Assembly: GCA_963667725.2 (NCBI GenBank) | Contig: CAXXHO010000005.1 | Location: forward strand, 1-64,000 | From: Treponemataceae bacterium | GTDB taxonomy: Bacteria > Spirochaetota > Spirochaetia > Treponematales > Rectinemataceae | Direction: 5' to 3' | Length of the DNA: 64,000 bases | In this document: positions 1 through 9,700 of the stretch, piece after piece | How positions within the stretch are numbered: the first letter of the stretch is position 1 | Layout: each line of letters starts with the position of its first letter | Translations under genes and position numbers: made by a program | The notes under the pieces: generated by a model | Database searches by the model: none | What the model was told of the DNA's origin: nothing | What the model saw: the letters and a program-made list of their open reading frames with translations, nothing else

Positions 1-446
1 GCCAAAGAAGACCTGCTTCTTGTTCACCGGCGTGGCGGTTTCGGCTGACTTTGCGGCTTGAGCCTTAACGTCCAGGGTGAGTTTGAGCGCCTTCCGGAGA
101 TCCTCAGGCTTGATGGGTTTCGGGATGAAGTCGTTCGCGCCGTTCTTCATGGCCTCGGCCACGTTGACCGGGGTTGCGGCGCCGGAGATCATGATGACGG
201 GCACTGAGGAATTGACCCGCCGGATTTCCTTCAGCGCATTGATGCCGTCCCGGCGCGGCATAATCATGTCCAGGATCACCGCGGAAAACGGGCCCGGATT
301 GGATTGCAGGCAGGCCAGAACCTCTTCGCCGTCCTGCGCCAGCTCCACCGAGTAGCCTTGGCATTTCAGTGCTGTTTCCAGATAACTGCGAACCTCGAGA
401 TCGTCCTCTCCAGCAGAATCGTGCGGTCACTCTTAACGGCAGACAT
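1..446 (-). CDS. Response regulator receiver domain, probably an NtrC/PrsR-like sigma-54 activator; runs off the window edge; apparent 1-nt frameshift near 409-411
   Basis: Manual translation: MSAVKSDRTILL / (G)EDDLEVRSYLETALKCQGYSVELAQDGEE..SAVILDMIMPRRDG..VPVIMISGA..GANDFIPKPIKPEDLRKAL..KQVFFG. It has the acidic pair, phospho-Asp and KP motifs. The ATG at 446 is out of frame with the receiver frame, which is closed upstream by TGA at 427-429. An AAA+ domain is inferred, not seen. Confidence 0.8.
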
Positions 447-451
447 AAAGG

Positions 452-1693
452 CTATTTCTCCACTAACCGAAGGCGGGCGGCGTCGGAACCGTCACGCCCA
501 GCGGGCAATTGGCAGAAGGGGATGACGAAGGAGAACTTGGCTCCTTCCAAACTGCTCTCGGCCCAGATGCGGCCTTGGTGCTGCTGCAGAATCATCCTGC
601 AGATTGCCAGGCCCAATCCTGCGCCGGACCGGTCCTGCCCTCCGGAATAGGAGGTATATTCTTCGAAGATTTTGTCTACGTGGGCCGACGGGATTCCTTG
701 CCCGGAATCCTTCACATCCAGGCGGAACGAATTCGGAGTTCGTGCCTGCCTGGTGCGGCGGTCCGGGGAGGGATGAAAAGCAGAACGCCGGCTGATTCTG
801 CGGTCCCAGAAATACGGGTACCCTTTGATTTCGATCGTCCCGGAGCGAGGCGTGAACTTGCAGGCATTGTCCAGCAGATTCACCAGCGCCTCTTCGATCT
901 TGCTCTTCTCAAAAAGCAGATTCTCCGGCGACGGTGCGATGTCCACGGTAACGGAAATCTGTTTCCGTTCGAGGAAGACGCCCACTTCGTGGAGCGCCTG
1001 TTCCACACATTCGCGGAGATCGCCGTTTTCGAGATTCAAAGCCTGGCTCAGATTCTGCGCCACGCTCAACTGGAACATCGCATTGGCGATTCGAGAAAGG
1101 CGCGTCGCGCTGCGCTGCATACGTTCCAGGATTTCGCGGTGCTGCGGTAGCAGGGGCCCCAGTTCGTCCTCCAGGAGCAGCCCGCAGTAGCCGGTGATGG
1201 CCGTGAGCGGTGCGCGAAAATCGTGGATCGAACGAGCCAGAAAATTGGTTCTCTCCTGGTCGTATTCCTGGAGTTTCAGATTTGCCTGGATCAAAAACTG
1301 GAGCATGTCGTCACGCTCCGCGCGTCCAGGCCCCATGGCATGGATTTCCCCATTTTGGGGATTTAGACCCTGACCTCCGAGAAAAGCGCGCAATGTAGCC
1401 CGAGTAACGGGTTTCAGGAGAACGTTGAGATCGCTGCTGCCGGCGGCTTCTCGAAATTCAGACAGAGAGTGCCGATGGAGCAGGAAGAAGTGCTTGCGCA
1501 GTTTCACGCCACTCAGATTCTGCGGAAGAAGAGTCTCTCCGGGCGCATAATCCCAGATGCATAGGTCGGTATTGGTAAAATTCTGCTCCGGTACTCCTAG
1601 TACGAGGGACCATTCCGTTCCAAATATTTCAGCCAAGACTTCGCGACAGGATCTTGCGAGCGATTCGTCTTTGGAGAAGAGTGTGACTCTCAT
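452..1693 (-). CDS. Cytoplasmic sensor histidine kinase (degenerate receiver-like N-terminus, HisKA, HATPase)
   Basis: H-box SIHDFRAPLTAI, N-box NLLDNACKFT, G1 DSGQGI, F-box IFEEY, G2 GAGLGLAIC; no transmembrane segment. Confidence 0.92.
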   Translation of the reverse strand: MRVTLFSKDESLARSCREVLAEIFGTEWSLVLGVPEQNFTNTDLCIWDYAPGETLLPQNLSGVKLRKHFFLLHRHSLSEFREAAGSSDLNVLLKPVTRATLRAFLGGQGLNPQNGEIHAMGPGRAERDDMLQFLIQANLKLQEYDQERTNFLARSIHDFRAPLTAITGYCGLLLEDELGPLLPQHREILERMQRSATRLSRIANAMFQLSVAQNLSQALNLENGDLRECVEQALHEVGVFLERKQISVTVDIAPSPENLLFEKSKIEEALVNLLDNACKFTPRSGTIEIKGYPYFWDRRISRRSAFHPSPDRRTRQARTPNSFRLDVKDSGQGIPSAHVDKIFEEYTSYSGGQDRSGAGLGLAICRMILQQHQGRIWAESSLEGAKFSFVIPFCQLPAGRDGSDAARLRLVEK

Positions 1694-2097
1694 GCCTATG
1701 CCAAAAGAGGCCCTTTCACCCGAATTGTTGTAGGATCCCCAGGTCCACGAAATGAGCTAACTTCCGGATTCCCGTGATTTGGGAATGGAGGCTCCGAATC
1801 AAAATAAAGATTCCGTGGTCCTAATTAGTGTTAAACCAGACCGAAATCGTGTCAAGGTACATTCTAGTACTGCAATCCCCACATTCATACTCGGGTGTTC
1901 TCCCCCCAATGGGGGCTGCCAGGCTACGCGTACTGCTGTAATGGAACCGAGATGAGATGTTCTTGAAGGATTTGCAATTAGTAACTGAGCCGGGCTGATG
2001 TTACATTTCGGTCCGGCAGGCAGCAGCGAAGAGGGAAACTGGTACTCTGCACGCAGCCCGCGGTGACCGCGAGGGCGGTAGTTCGGGAATATCCCCG

Positions 2098-2112
2098 TGG
2101 CAGAGAAAATGC
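2098..2112 (+). promoter_or_regulatory. Sigma-54 -24/-12 promoter (PilZ gene)
   Basis: TGGCAGAGAAAATGC = GG-N10-GC, 19 nt before ATG 2131. Confidence 0.6.
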
Positions 2113-2130
2113 ACTCAGCTCGGCGGACCC

Positions 2131-2532
2131 ATGCCTTATCTCAGCGAATTGGCGATGATGTCGGGCGAGAACCGATCTGAGCAGATCCGGGCTGCCGACT
2201 CCGAAAGACGCAGGACTTCCCGAGCGGCACTGAACTGGACAATTTATATAACTTGTGGAGGTTTGAAACATCCGCTCCGCACCAAGACCCGCGACATCAG
2301 CAGCGATGGGTTTTACTGCTTCCTGAACAAGCCGTTGAAGCCCGGTGAACGCATTGAGTGCGATATCGTGATGCCGACGCACGACATGCGCGACACGGCC
2401 GATGTGGCCCACCTGCATTGCCGCGCACGCGTGGTCCGAATCGAACAGACGGAGGAGGAAGGGGAATTTGGGGTCGCCTGCCGCATCGAGGACTATGCCA
2501 TCGTGCACGGCAGGCGAGACGGTTTGCAGTAA
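2131..2532 (+). CDS. PilZ-domain c-di-GMP receptor
   Basis: ERRRTSR (RxxxR) and DISSDG (D/NxSxxG) motifs; beta-barrel-like remainder (ARVVR..GVACRI). Confidence 0.9.
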   Translation: MPYLSELAMMSGENRSEQIRAADSERRRTSRAALNWTIYITCGGLKHPLRTKTRDISSDGFYCFLNKPLKPGERIECDIVMPTHDMRDTADVAHLHCRARVVRIEQTEEEGEFGVACRIEDYAIVHGRRDGLQ

Positions 2533-4338
2533 TCAGTTCGTGCGCCCGGTGGCGCTCCCGTAGCGGTTCACCAGGGTCACGGAGTCCAGGGTTACAGCGG
2601 TGGCGTCGCCCTGGACGGTGAAGGGCTGAGTGAAGGTGAACTGGCTGCCATATCGCGCGGCGGCCGCATCCTGATACCAGGTGCCGAACAAACTGTCGAG
2701 GGCGATCGGCACATCCGCGGTTTGCAGCACACTTCCCCCCGTAGCTTTGAAGTGAAACACCGCTTGTGTGACTTCAAGGGCGGTGGAATATCCGGTGACC
2801 ACAATCGTGAAGCCGTTCGTCGTGCGTGTAATCTGCGTGGCCGTGATGGCCGGCGCACCACGATTCACGTGGGTGGAGCAGTTGGGCGCCGGATTTGGAG
2901 TGAGATCCACACCGCCGGCGGAGATCTGCGCTGATAGCGTAATTGTGCCGGCCACGGTTCCGGTCTGAACGGCCATCCCGGGGGCCGAAAATACCGCCTC
3001 GGTTTTCCCGGCGGGAATGGTGAAGGCAGCGGTTCTGCCTCCAGTCAAAAACTGAATCGTCGAATCGCCGGCGCCGACGTCCGGAGCGAACGTGAGCGAC
3101 AATTGCCCGGCAATCGCCGCCGGGTATGCGGAGCCGATCGTCACGCGCAGCGCCGGCTGATCCGCGGGATTCGCTGTCGCGGGCAGTCCGGTGATCTGGA
3201 CCTGCGGAGCCGAGGGCATCCCCACCGAGAGGTGGAAGAGGCTGACGACGGTGGTCCGTGCACTGTCGGTGACTCGCACGGTGAACGAAAGCGCTCCGCC
3301 GGCAAGAGGCGCGCCGGTAACCACGCCCGTAGCCGGATCGAGAGTTAAACCTTCAGGCAGTCCGTTGGCGGACCAGGTGTACGGAGGCACCCCACCCTTC
3401 GCGGCGAACGTAGTGGTGTAAGCGGCGCCCAAGGTGGCATCCGGCAGAGTCGCGCTGGTGCTGATGCTCAACGCGGCGGGATTCACGGTAAAGGACAAAG
3501 CCTTGGTTGCCGTGCCGCCGGCGCTATCGGCGACCTGAACATTGACCGTGAAGGAACCCGCGGCGGGCGGAATCCCGGAAAGCGTTCCCGTCGTGGCATC
3601 CATCTGAAGGCCTGCGACGGCTCCCGTCAGGGACCAGGTATAGGGCGGCGTCCCGCCAGTCGCGGTGAGCTTTTGCGAATAGCTGGTGCCCGCGGTAGCG
3701 GCAGGCAGGCTCGATCCCGTGATGGAAAGCCGGGGGCTGGCAACGACCAATTGAAACGCTTTCGAATTCACCGCGGAGGAACTATCGATCACCTGGACGA
3801 TCAGGTTGTAGGTAGCCGCGGTAGTGGGGGTTCCCGTCAACGTGCCGGCGGTGGCGTCGAAAGTCAGCCCATCGGGCACCTGGCCCTGAAGAACAGCCCA
3901 TCTGTAGGGCGCTGTGCCGCCCGAGGCCTGGAAAACCTGGGAATAGAACTGCCCAACGGTGGCGTTGAAAAGCTGGGACTCCGTCGTGATCGCGAGCGGC
4001 GCCGGGTTGATGGTCAGCGCGAAGATGCGGCTTGCGGTAGAACCGGCGCTATCGGCCACCTGGATGGTGAAGGTGTAGGTGCCAGGCACTTGCGCGGTGC
4101 CGGCGAAAGCGCCGGTCGCGGCCTTCAACGTGAACAGCCCAGGCAATGCGCCCACGGCCGACCACAGGTAAGGTTGTGTGCCACCGGTAGCCGTGAACGT
4201 GTAGGTATAGGGCACGCCTACGGTACCGGCGGGGATCTGAATATCGGTGATGGCGACGGGCGCATACTGCGCGCGGGCGCTCCAGCCGGCCATCAGCACG
4301 AAGAAAGCGCAGGTTCCGATTTTGCGAAGTGTGGTCAC
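2533..4338 (-). CDS. Secreted protein with four putative Ig (He_PIG-like) repeats and a C-terminal beta-rich domain
   Basis: Signal peptide ending ARA-Q; four repeats of LP.ATxG..Y...F.A.GG..PY.W......P.GL..D...G.L.G.P. Confidence 0.85.
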   Translation of the reverse strand: MTTLRKIGTCAFFVLMAGWSARAQYAPVAITDIQIPAGTVGVPYTYTFTATGGTQPYLWSAVGALPGLFTLKAATGAFAGTAQVPGTYTFTIQVADSAGSTASRIFALTINPAPLAITTESQLFNATVGQFYSQVFQASGGTAPYRWAVLQGQVPDGLTFDATAGTLTGTPTTAATYNLIVQVIDSSSAVNSKAFQLVVASPRLSITGSSLPAATAGTSYSQKLTATGGTPPYTWSLTGAVAGLQMDATTGTLSGIPPAAGSFTVNVQVADSAGGTATKALSFTVNPAALSISTSATLPDATLGAAYTTTFAAKGGVPPYTWSANGLPEGLTLDPATGVVTGAPLAGGALSFTVRVTDSARTTVVSLFHLSVGMPSAPQVQITGLPATANPADQPALRVTIGSAYPAAIAGQLSLTFAPDVGAGDSTIQFLTGGRTAAFTIPAGKTEAVFSAPGMAVQTGTVAGTITLSAQISAGGVDLTPNPAPNCSTHVNRGAPAITATQITRTTNGFTIVVTGYSTALEVTQAVFHFKATGGSVLQTADVPIALDSLFGTWYQDAAAARYGSQFTFTQPFTVQGDATAVTLDSVTLVNRYGSATGRTN

Positions 4339-5270
4339 TGTGCGCCCCCGGCTACGAATACCACTCGATTCTGTAATCCGTCATAGAGGAAGAGCGGTCC
4401 CGGCCCGCCTTGTTTCAGGGCGAAAACGGAACGGCCGGCGAGCGGCTGTAATCCATCCGGTGTGCAGGGACAAGTCGCTACGGAGGACTCCGCGGTGGCG
4501 AGCGTTCTGGTGCTGACTGTGCCATCCGCATAGACTGCAATGCTGCGCGCGCCATCAGACGAGAATGAGACGGCAAGAACCGGGCGGGAATCCTCCTGCA
4601 ACACTTCGTACCGTGCATCGGAATCGATTCCAGAAACCAATGTCACGCTGCCGGAAGAGGCGATCAGGGCGCCGTGCGCGTTTGGCCGGAGCGCGAGTGC
4701 GGAGACGGGACCGGAGACAGGCAGCGACAGCGGAGTATCGCTATCTCCGGCGAGGAACACGGGGTTGAGTGCGTCGCCAACCGCGAGAAGAACCAGCGAT
4801 CCGTCGTCACTCACAGCCATGGGCCCGGCGGCGATTCCTGTAAACGTCTTCGCCACTACAGGCGCGGCAGGCAGACCCGTGATCACTTGGAGAACCTGCT
4901 TGCCCGCAGCGTATAACAGGGCGGACGTGCCGGTCGGGCTCAGCGCGATGCGATCTACCGCGGCTAGGGCGTCCGGAATCGCGCGAGACACCATTCCATC
5001 GGCCCCGATCTGGAGGACCACAGGGTTGTGGCTTTCCGACGAGAGAGCGAGGGCGTAGTCCAATTTCTGGCTGACGGCCACTTGTGAATACTGGCCGCCC
5101 AAATCGAGGGGATCGCCCAGAAATGCGGCTCCTGGAATGCCTTCCACCGCCCGCAGCGTTTGCGCGGCGGAGTCCCATACATAACCCAGGCGCGGCGCTT
5201 TCAAATCCGCGCCCCAGGCCTGGAGGAGAAATGCTGAACAGAGAAGTCCGTTGAAAAGAATGCGTCTCAT
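4335..5270 (-). CDS. Secreted beta-propeller-like protein
   Basis: Signal peptide; WD/YVTN-like blades (IALSPTG, MAVSDDG, VSFSSDG); 4-nt overlap with the downstream gene. Confidence 0.7.
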   Translation of the reverse strand: MRRILFNGLLCSAFLLQAWGADLKAPRLGYVWDSAAQTLRAVEGIPGAAFLGDPLDLGGQYSQVAVSQKLDYALALSSESHNPVVLQIGADGMVSRAIPDALAAVDRIALSPTGTSALLYAAGKQVLQVITGLPAAPVVAKTFTGIAAGPMAVSDDGSLVLLAVGDALNPVFLAGDSDTPLSLPVSGPVSALALRPNAHGALIASSGSVTLVSGIDSDARYEVLQEDSRPVLAVSFSSDGARSIAVYADGTVSTRTLATAESSVATCPCTPDGLQPLAGRSVFALKQGGPGPLFLYDGLQNRVVFVAGGAQ

Positions 5271-5279
5271 GTTGTTCCG

Positions 5280-5883
5280 TTATCGCGGGGGACCCACCGT
5301 GCCGGTGCCCGGTGTGATGACGATCGAAGGAGTAGGCGGAGTCACCGGCGCTGCTGAATCTTTGGGACGCAGTCCGGCATAGGCGCCGCCCGCGGCCGCA
5401 GCTCCGATCACTGCCACGATTGCGATGAGCTTGCCATGGCCGGATTTCACGGCTGCCTTTTCGACAACCATGTTGAACTGCGTAATGGTGGCATGCCCGG
5501 TTCGGCCTTGCGCGCTGGCGGTGACTGCAATTTCCAGCTTGCCGGCCACTCCATTGGGGCGGAAACCCTTAATCACAGCCTGCCCATGGGCATCGGCCGT
5601 CGCCGTGGTCATGGCTGCGCCATTTGCAAAGGTGCCGCTGGCTCCCTGGCCAGGCAGCACGAGAGAAATCGCCGCATTTGGAACTGGTTTATCGCCTTCG
5701 TCATTGATCTGAAGGCGAAATTCCCGGGCCGGGCGCTGCCGGACATTATTGATTGTGCCCTCGCCATTCAATACGAGGATTTTGCAGGTTCTCGACCTTT
5801 GATGTGCCTGCCGGCGCCTGCGCTCCCAAAGGCGGCAGAGCCAACGAGAACGCTAGCAGACAACTCACTCCAGCACTTTTCAT
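5280..5883 (-). CDS. Secreted Ig/carboxypeptidase-regulatory-like domain protein with C-terminal Gly/Ala-rich TM and Pro-rich tail; apparent +1 frameshift at 5780-5783
   Basis: ATG 5883 gives signal peptide MKSAGVSCLLAFSLALPPLGAQ. Removing one base from the T4 run joins it to ORF 5280-5771 (..ENLQILVLNGEGTINN..DEGDKPVPNAAISLVLP..TADAHGQA). Confidence 0.7.
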
Positions 5884-5900
5884 CGCGGTATCCCACAGTT

Positions 5901-5915
5901 GCAGTTTGGCTTCCG
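5901..5915 (-). promoter_or_regulatory. Sigma-54 promoter for the 5883-2533 operon
   Basis: Minus strand CGGAAGCCAAACTGC = GG-N10-GC, 18 nt before ATG 5883. Confidence 0.5.
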
Positions 5916-5940
5916 AAAATAGGCGGGGAAATCACAGTAA

Positions 5941-5955
5941 TGGCCCCGAAAATGC
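5941..5955 (+). promoter_or_regulatory. Sigma-54 promoter for the wza operon
   Basis: TGGCCCCGAAAATGC = GG-N10-GC; divergent from the box at 5901-5915. Confidence 0.6.
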
Positions 5956-5964
5956 GGAATAGCA

Positions 5965-6735
5965 ATGCTCATGTTCGGACCAGGAATTAGAAGGTGTTTC
6001 TTTCTAGTGGGATGCGCGGTTTCTTGCCTGTGCCTGATGGCAGAGCCTCAAAAAACCTCGAAGGACTTGTTCGCGTATATCCAGGAAGCGCGAAAACTCG
6101 GGCTTAGCGACGAGCAGATTCGCAAGAACGCTCTGGACGGTGGCTGGGATCAGACCACCATTGAACAGACCTACGGCATTGTGCGCCTGCTCAATAACGA
6201 AAAAATCAAGCCTGGCGAGGGTCTCCGTTCGCCTAACGCATTGCCGGAAGCCTATCGGATCGGCGCCGGCGATGTGCTGCAGATTGCGGTCTGGAAAGAG
6301 CCGGAGGCGTCGGTGCCGACGGTGGTTGTGCGGGTAGACGGCAAGGTTTCGCTCCCTCTGATCGGCGAAGTGGATGCGGCCGGATACACGCCTGTGGAGC
6401 TGGAGAAAGTGCTGGTGGAGAAGTTCTCCACGTACATCAAGAACCCCACGGTGACGGTGATCGCCGCGACGATCAACAGCAAGAAAGTTTATGTGGTGGG
6501 CGGAGTGAAGAAAGAAGGACCAGTGCCCCTGGTGCGGCCCATGACGGTGCTGCAGGCGCTCAATGAAGCGGGCGGGTTGGTCGATTTCGCCAAGAAACGA
6601 AAGATCTACGTTCTACGGAACGAAAATGGCAAACAGGCGAAACTGCCGTTCGATTACCAGCAGGTAATCAAGGGCGAGCGTTTGGAGCAGAATGTGGTGC
6701 TCCTGCCCGACGACACGATCATTGTGCCTCAGTAG
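5965..6735 (+). CDS. wza: Polysaccharide export protein (Wza/Poly_export + SLBB); start may be ATG 5971
   Basis: YRIGAGDVLQIAVWKEP..VRVDGKVSLPLIGEV.AAG.T..L; VYVVGGVKKEG; TVLQALNEAGG; LLPDDTIIVP. Confidence 0.9.
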   Translation: MLMFGPGIRRCFFLVGCAVSCLCLMAEPQKTSKDLFAYIQEARKLGLSDEQIRKNALDGGWDQTTIEQTYGIVRLLNNEKIKPGEGLRSPNALPEAYRIGAGDVLQIAVWKEPEASVPTVVVRVDGKVSLPLIGEVDAAGYTPVELEKVLVEKFSTYIKNPTVTVIAATINSKKVYVVGGVKKEGPVPLVRPMTVLQALNEAGGLVDFAKKRKIYVLRNENGKQAKLPFDYQQVIKGERLEQNVVLLPDDTIIVPQ

Positions 6736-6760
6736 GCATAGCACTTCCTAAATTGTTGCC

Positions 6761-9700
6761 ATGCGGGTCCCAATTTTTGAGTATTCGATGGGAGGATTTG
6801 CGGTGAGGGTCTCACGAGTAGTTTGGATTGCGCTCCTGGTTGGCGGGGTGGCGCAAGCGCAGTTGTCCACGAGCGCGTATCGGGCGTTGGGCCAGCCCGA
6901 TTTGAATCAGAACGGTGTCAATCGGGTGCAGGGAGTCGAGGTGTATGGCCCGAGCGCCATCGCACTGGATGCGCGCAACGGCGTCGTGCATCTCTATGTT
7001 TCCGATACCCGCAACCACCGCGTTCTCGGATGGGAGAATGCGCAGTCCTACCAGATCGGCGACCCGCCGGCTATCGTGTTGGGACAGCCGGGCCCTCAAT
7101 ACTCGCATCCCATGGGGATCGGCACAACGGGGTTCAACACGCCCGCGGGCATGGCTGTCGATCCGATCACGGGCAACCTCTATGTCGCGGACTACGGAAA
7201 CAACAGAGTTCTGCGATTCCCCAGTCCGTTCGCCAATCAGGGCCGAGTGGAGCCGGATGCGGTCTACGGCCAGCCCGACTTCAGCAGCCTGGGAACGAAT
7301 ACCGATGGAATCGGGCGGAACTCGATGTCCGGCCCGCGGTCGGTGGCATTCGATTCTTCCGGAAATCTGTGGGTAGCGGACAGCGGGAACCAGCGCGTGT
7401 TGCGATTCAATGGCTCCGTGCTGGATAGCCTCACGCCCGAAGCCGATGTGGTCTTGGGGCAGGCGAACTTCCTGAATAACGCGGTGAATCGCGGTGATGC
7501 CGCGGTTTCGGCCGCGGGATTCAGCACGCCGGCGGCCCTGGCATTCGATGCCCAGGACAATCTTTATGTCGCTGACTATGCCAACACGCGGGTGCTGAAA
7601 TTTGCGGCTCCTGTGATCTCCGGGGCCAACGCTGCCGTAGTTCTGGGGCATGCCACATTCACCGATATTCTGGTGCCTTCGGATCCGACGGCCGCTTCGC
7701 TCGCAGGTCCGGTGGGTGTGAGCGTCGATGCATCCGGCAACGTGTATGTTGCGGTTCCGGGCGATAACCGCGTGATGGTGTTTGCCGCGGGTGCGGCTTC
7801 CGGAGCGCTGGCAAAGCGGGTTTTGGGGCAGGTGGACTTCATTTCGAATCAGGCCAACCCGTCCAGCTCCCCGCTGGCTTCCACGCAATCGTTCTCCGGG
7901 CCTTCCGACGTGAAGGTGGATGCTGCCGGCACAGTGTACGTGGCCGACAGCGGGAACAACCGCGTGATTGCGTTGCCGAAAGATGCAACGGTTGCAACCC
8001 AGGTTTGGGGCCAGATCGATTTTTCGGCGAATGGAGCCAACCAGGTCAAGGCAGCCGGCATGAATACGCCGTTCAAAATTGCCGTGGACTATTCGCGGTC
8101 TCCTTTCCCGGTCTACGTTTCCGACGCTAATAACAATCGTGTGCTGGTGTGGCGGGATTCGATTCGCTTCCGCACGGGCGATCCGGCCGATCTAGTGATC
8201 GGGCAGCCGAACCTCACGACGGCCATTGCGAACGTGGATACCCGCGGATCGCGTACGCCTTCGAAGACCTCTTTGGCTTCGCCGAAGGGAATTGCGGTAG
8301 ATGCTGCCGGAAATCTCTATGTAGCCGATAGCGGCAACAATCGCGTGCTGCGCTATCCGCGGCCCGTGGATCAGTCCGGGCGCATCACGCCGGATGCGGT
8401 AATCGGGCAGCCGAATTTCACCAGCGCGACTTCGGCCGCGATCAGCGCAGCTTCGTTGCGCGCACCCTCGGCAGTGGCGATCGATCCGGATGGCGACATC
8501 TTCGTGGCCGATGCCGGGAACAATCGCGTCCTGGAGTTCGCGCGTGGCGCGGGAACGCATCCGAATGCCATCCGCGTGTATGGACAGCCGACTTTCACGG
8601 CGCTGGGTGCGGTAAGCCCGGCCTCGGCGCAGACGTTCAATTCGCCGCAAGGTGTGTTCGTCGATGTGAGCTACACGATGTACGTGGCCGATAGCGGCAA
8701 CAACCGCGTGCTGGTCTTCCCTGATACCAAGGACGATCCGGCTGCGGGTGCGGCCGCAACTATGGTGTTGGGCCAGACTTCGTTCGGTGCGGTCGGCGCC
8801 GGCGGTGGGACCACGGGACTTCGGTTGCCGTTCGATGTGGCTACCGACAGCCTGGGAGACATTCTGGTTTCCGATTCAGGCAACAATCGCGTGCTGGTGT
8901 TCCCATCCATGCTGTTCCTGGATCTGGCGGGTGCTACGGCGACCGCGGCGGTGGGGCAGTACAGTGTCGGCGGCAGTTCCGCCAATTGGAATAGCCTGAA
9001 TGGCCTCGCGACGGCGGAAGGCCTTTACGACCCGATCGGCATTTTCGTGGATCGGCAGGACACGCTCTATGCGGCAGATGCCGGTAATAACCGCGTGGTT
9101 CATTACCTAAAACCGCTAACGGTCACGCCGGGAGGCAGTTCGACAAGTACGGCACTGGCTCGCGGTGGCCTGGTGACTCTGACCGGCGAAGGGCTTTCCG
9201 ACGTCGATGAGAAAGCTTCCACCACCCCGTGGCCCCAGGCGCTGGCGGGCCGCGAAGTGGCGCTCGGAGAGGATACGAAGGTTTCGCTCGCCTCGGTGAC
9301 CAGTGAACAGATTGATCTTCAGGTGCCCTACGCCGCGGCGCTGGGCAATCAGCAGATCACGGTTCGCAAAGTGGATACGGGAGAGCTGATCGCCGGATCG
9401 AAGATCCTGGTGGAGAATGTCTCCCCGAGTCTGTTCTCCGGAACGGCCGATTCCACCCAGTACGCCATTCAGAACTTCGATGGCACCGCGAACACCGCGA
9501 AGAACCCCGCCCTTCGGGGCAGCACGATCACGATCTTCGGAACAGGGCAGGGACCGGTGAGTCCCACCGTGACCGAGGGAACGCCTGCACCCGCCGATGT
9601 GAACACCGTGGCCGTGCCGACGATGGACGGTGCCAAGTGCCTGAACAGCCAGCCTTCGGTTTGCGTAGCCGTGAGCAACAGTTTCGGGCAGATTCAGTTC

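Noticed and set aside
77..430. ORFs 77-355(+) and 104-430(-) from the ORF track
   Set aside because: Shadow or off-frame ORFs over the response regulator, whose real frame runs off the window edge
1700..1714. GG-N10-GC on the minus strand upstream of the kinase
   Set aside because: Only 7 nt from the ATG, so the start site would fall inside the ORF; poor flanking match
2040..2054. Second GG-N10-GC (TGGTACTCTGCACGC) upstream of PilZ
   Set aside because: Lacks the T before GC; the box at 2098 fits better
6812..7888. 358-aa antisense ORF and other long antisense ORFs (e.g. 3673-4386, 14652-15419, 36954-37640)
   Set aside because: Expected opposite high-GC genes; no recognisable motifs
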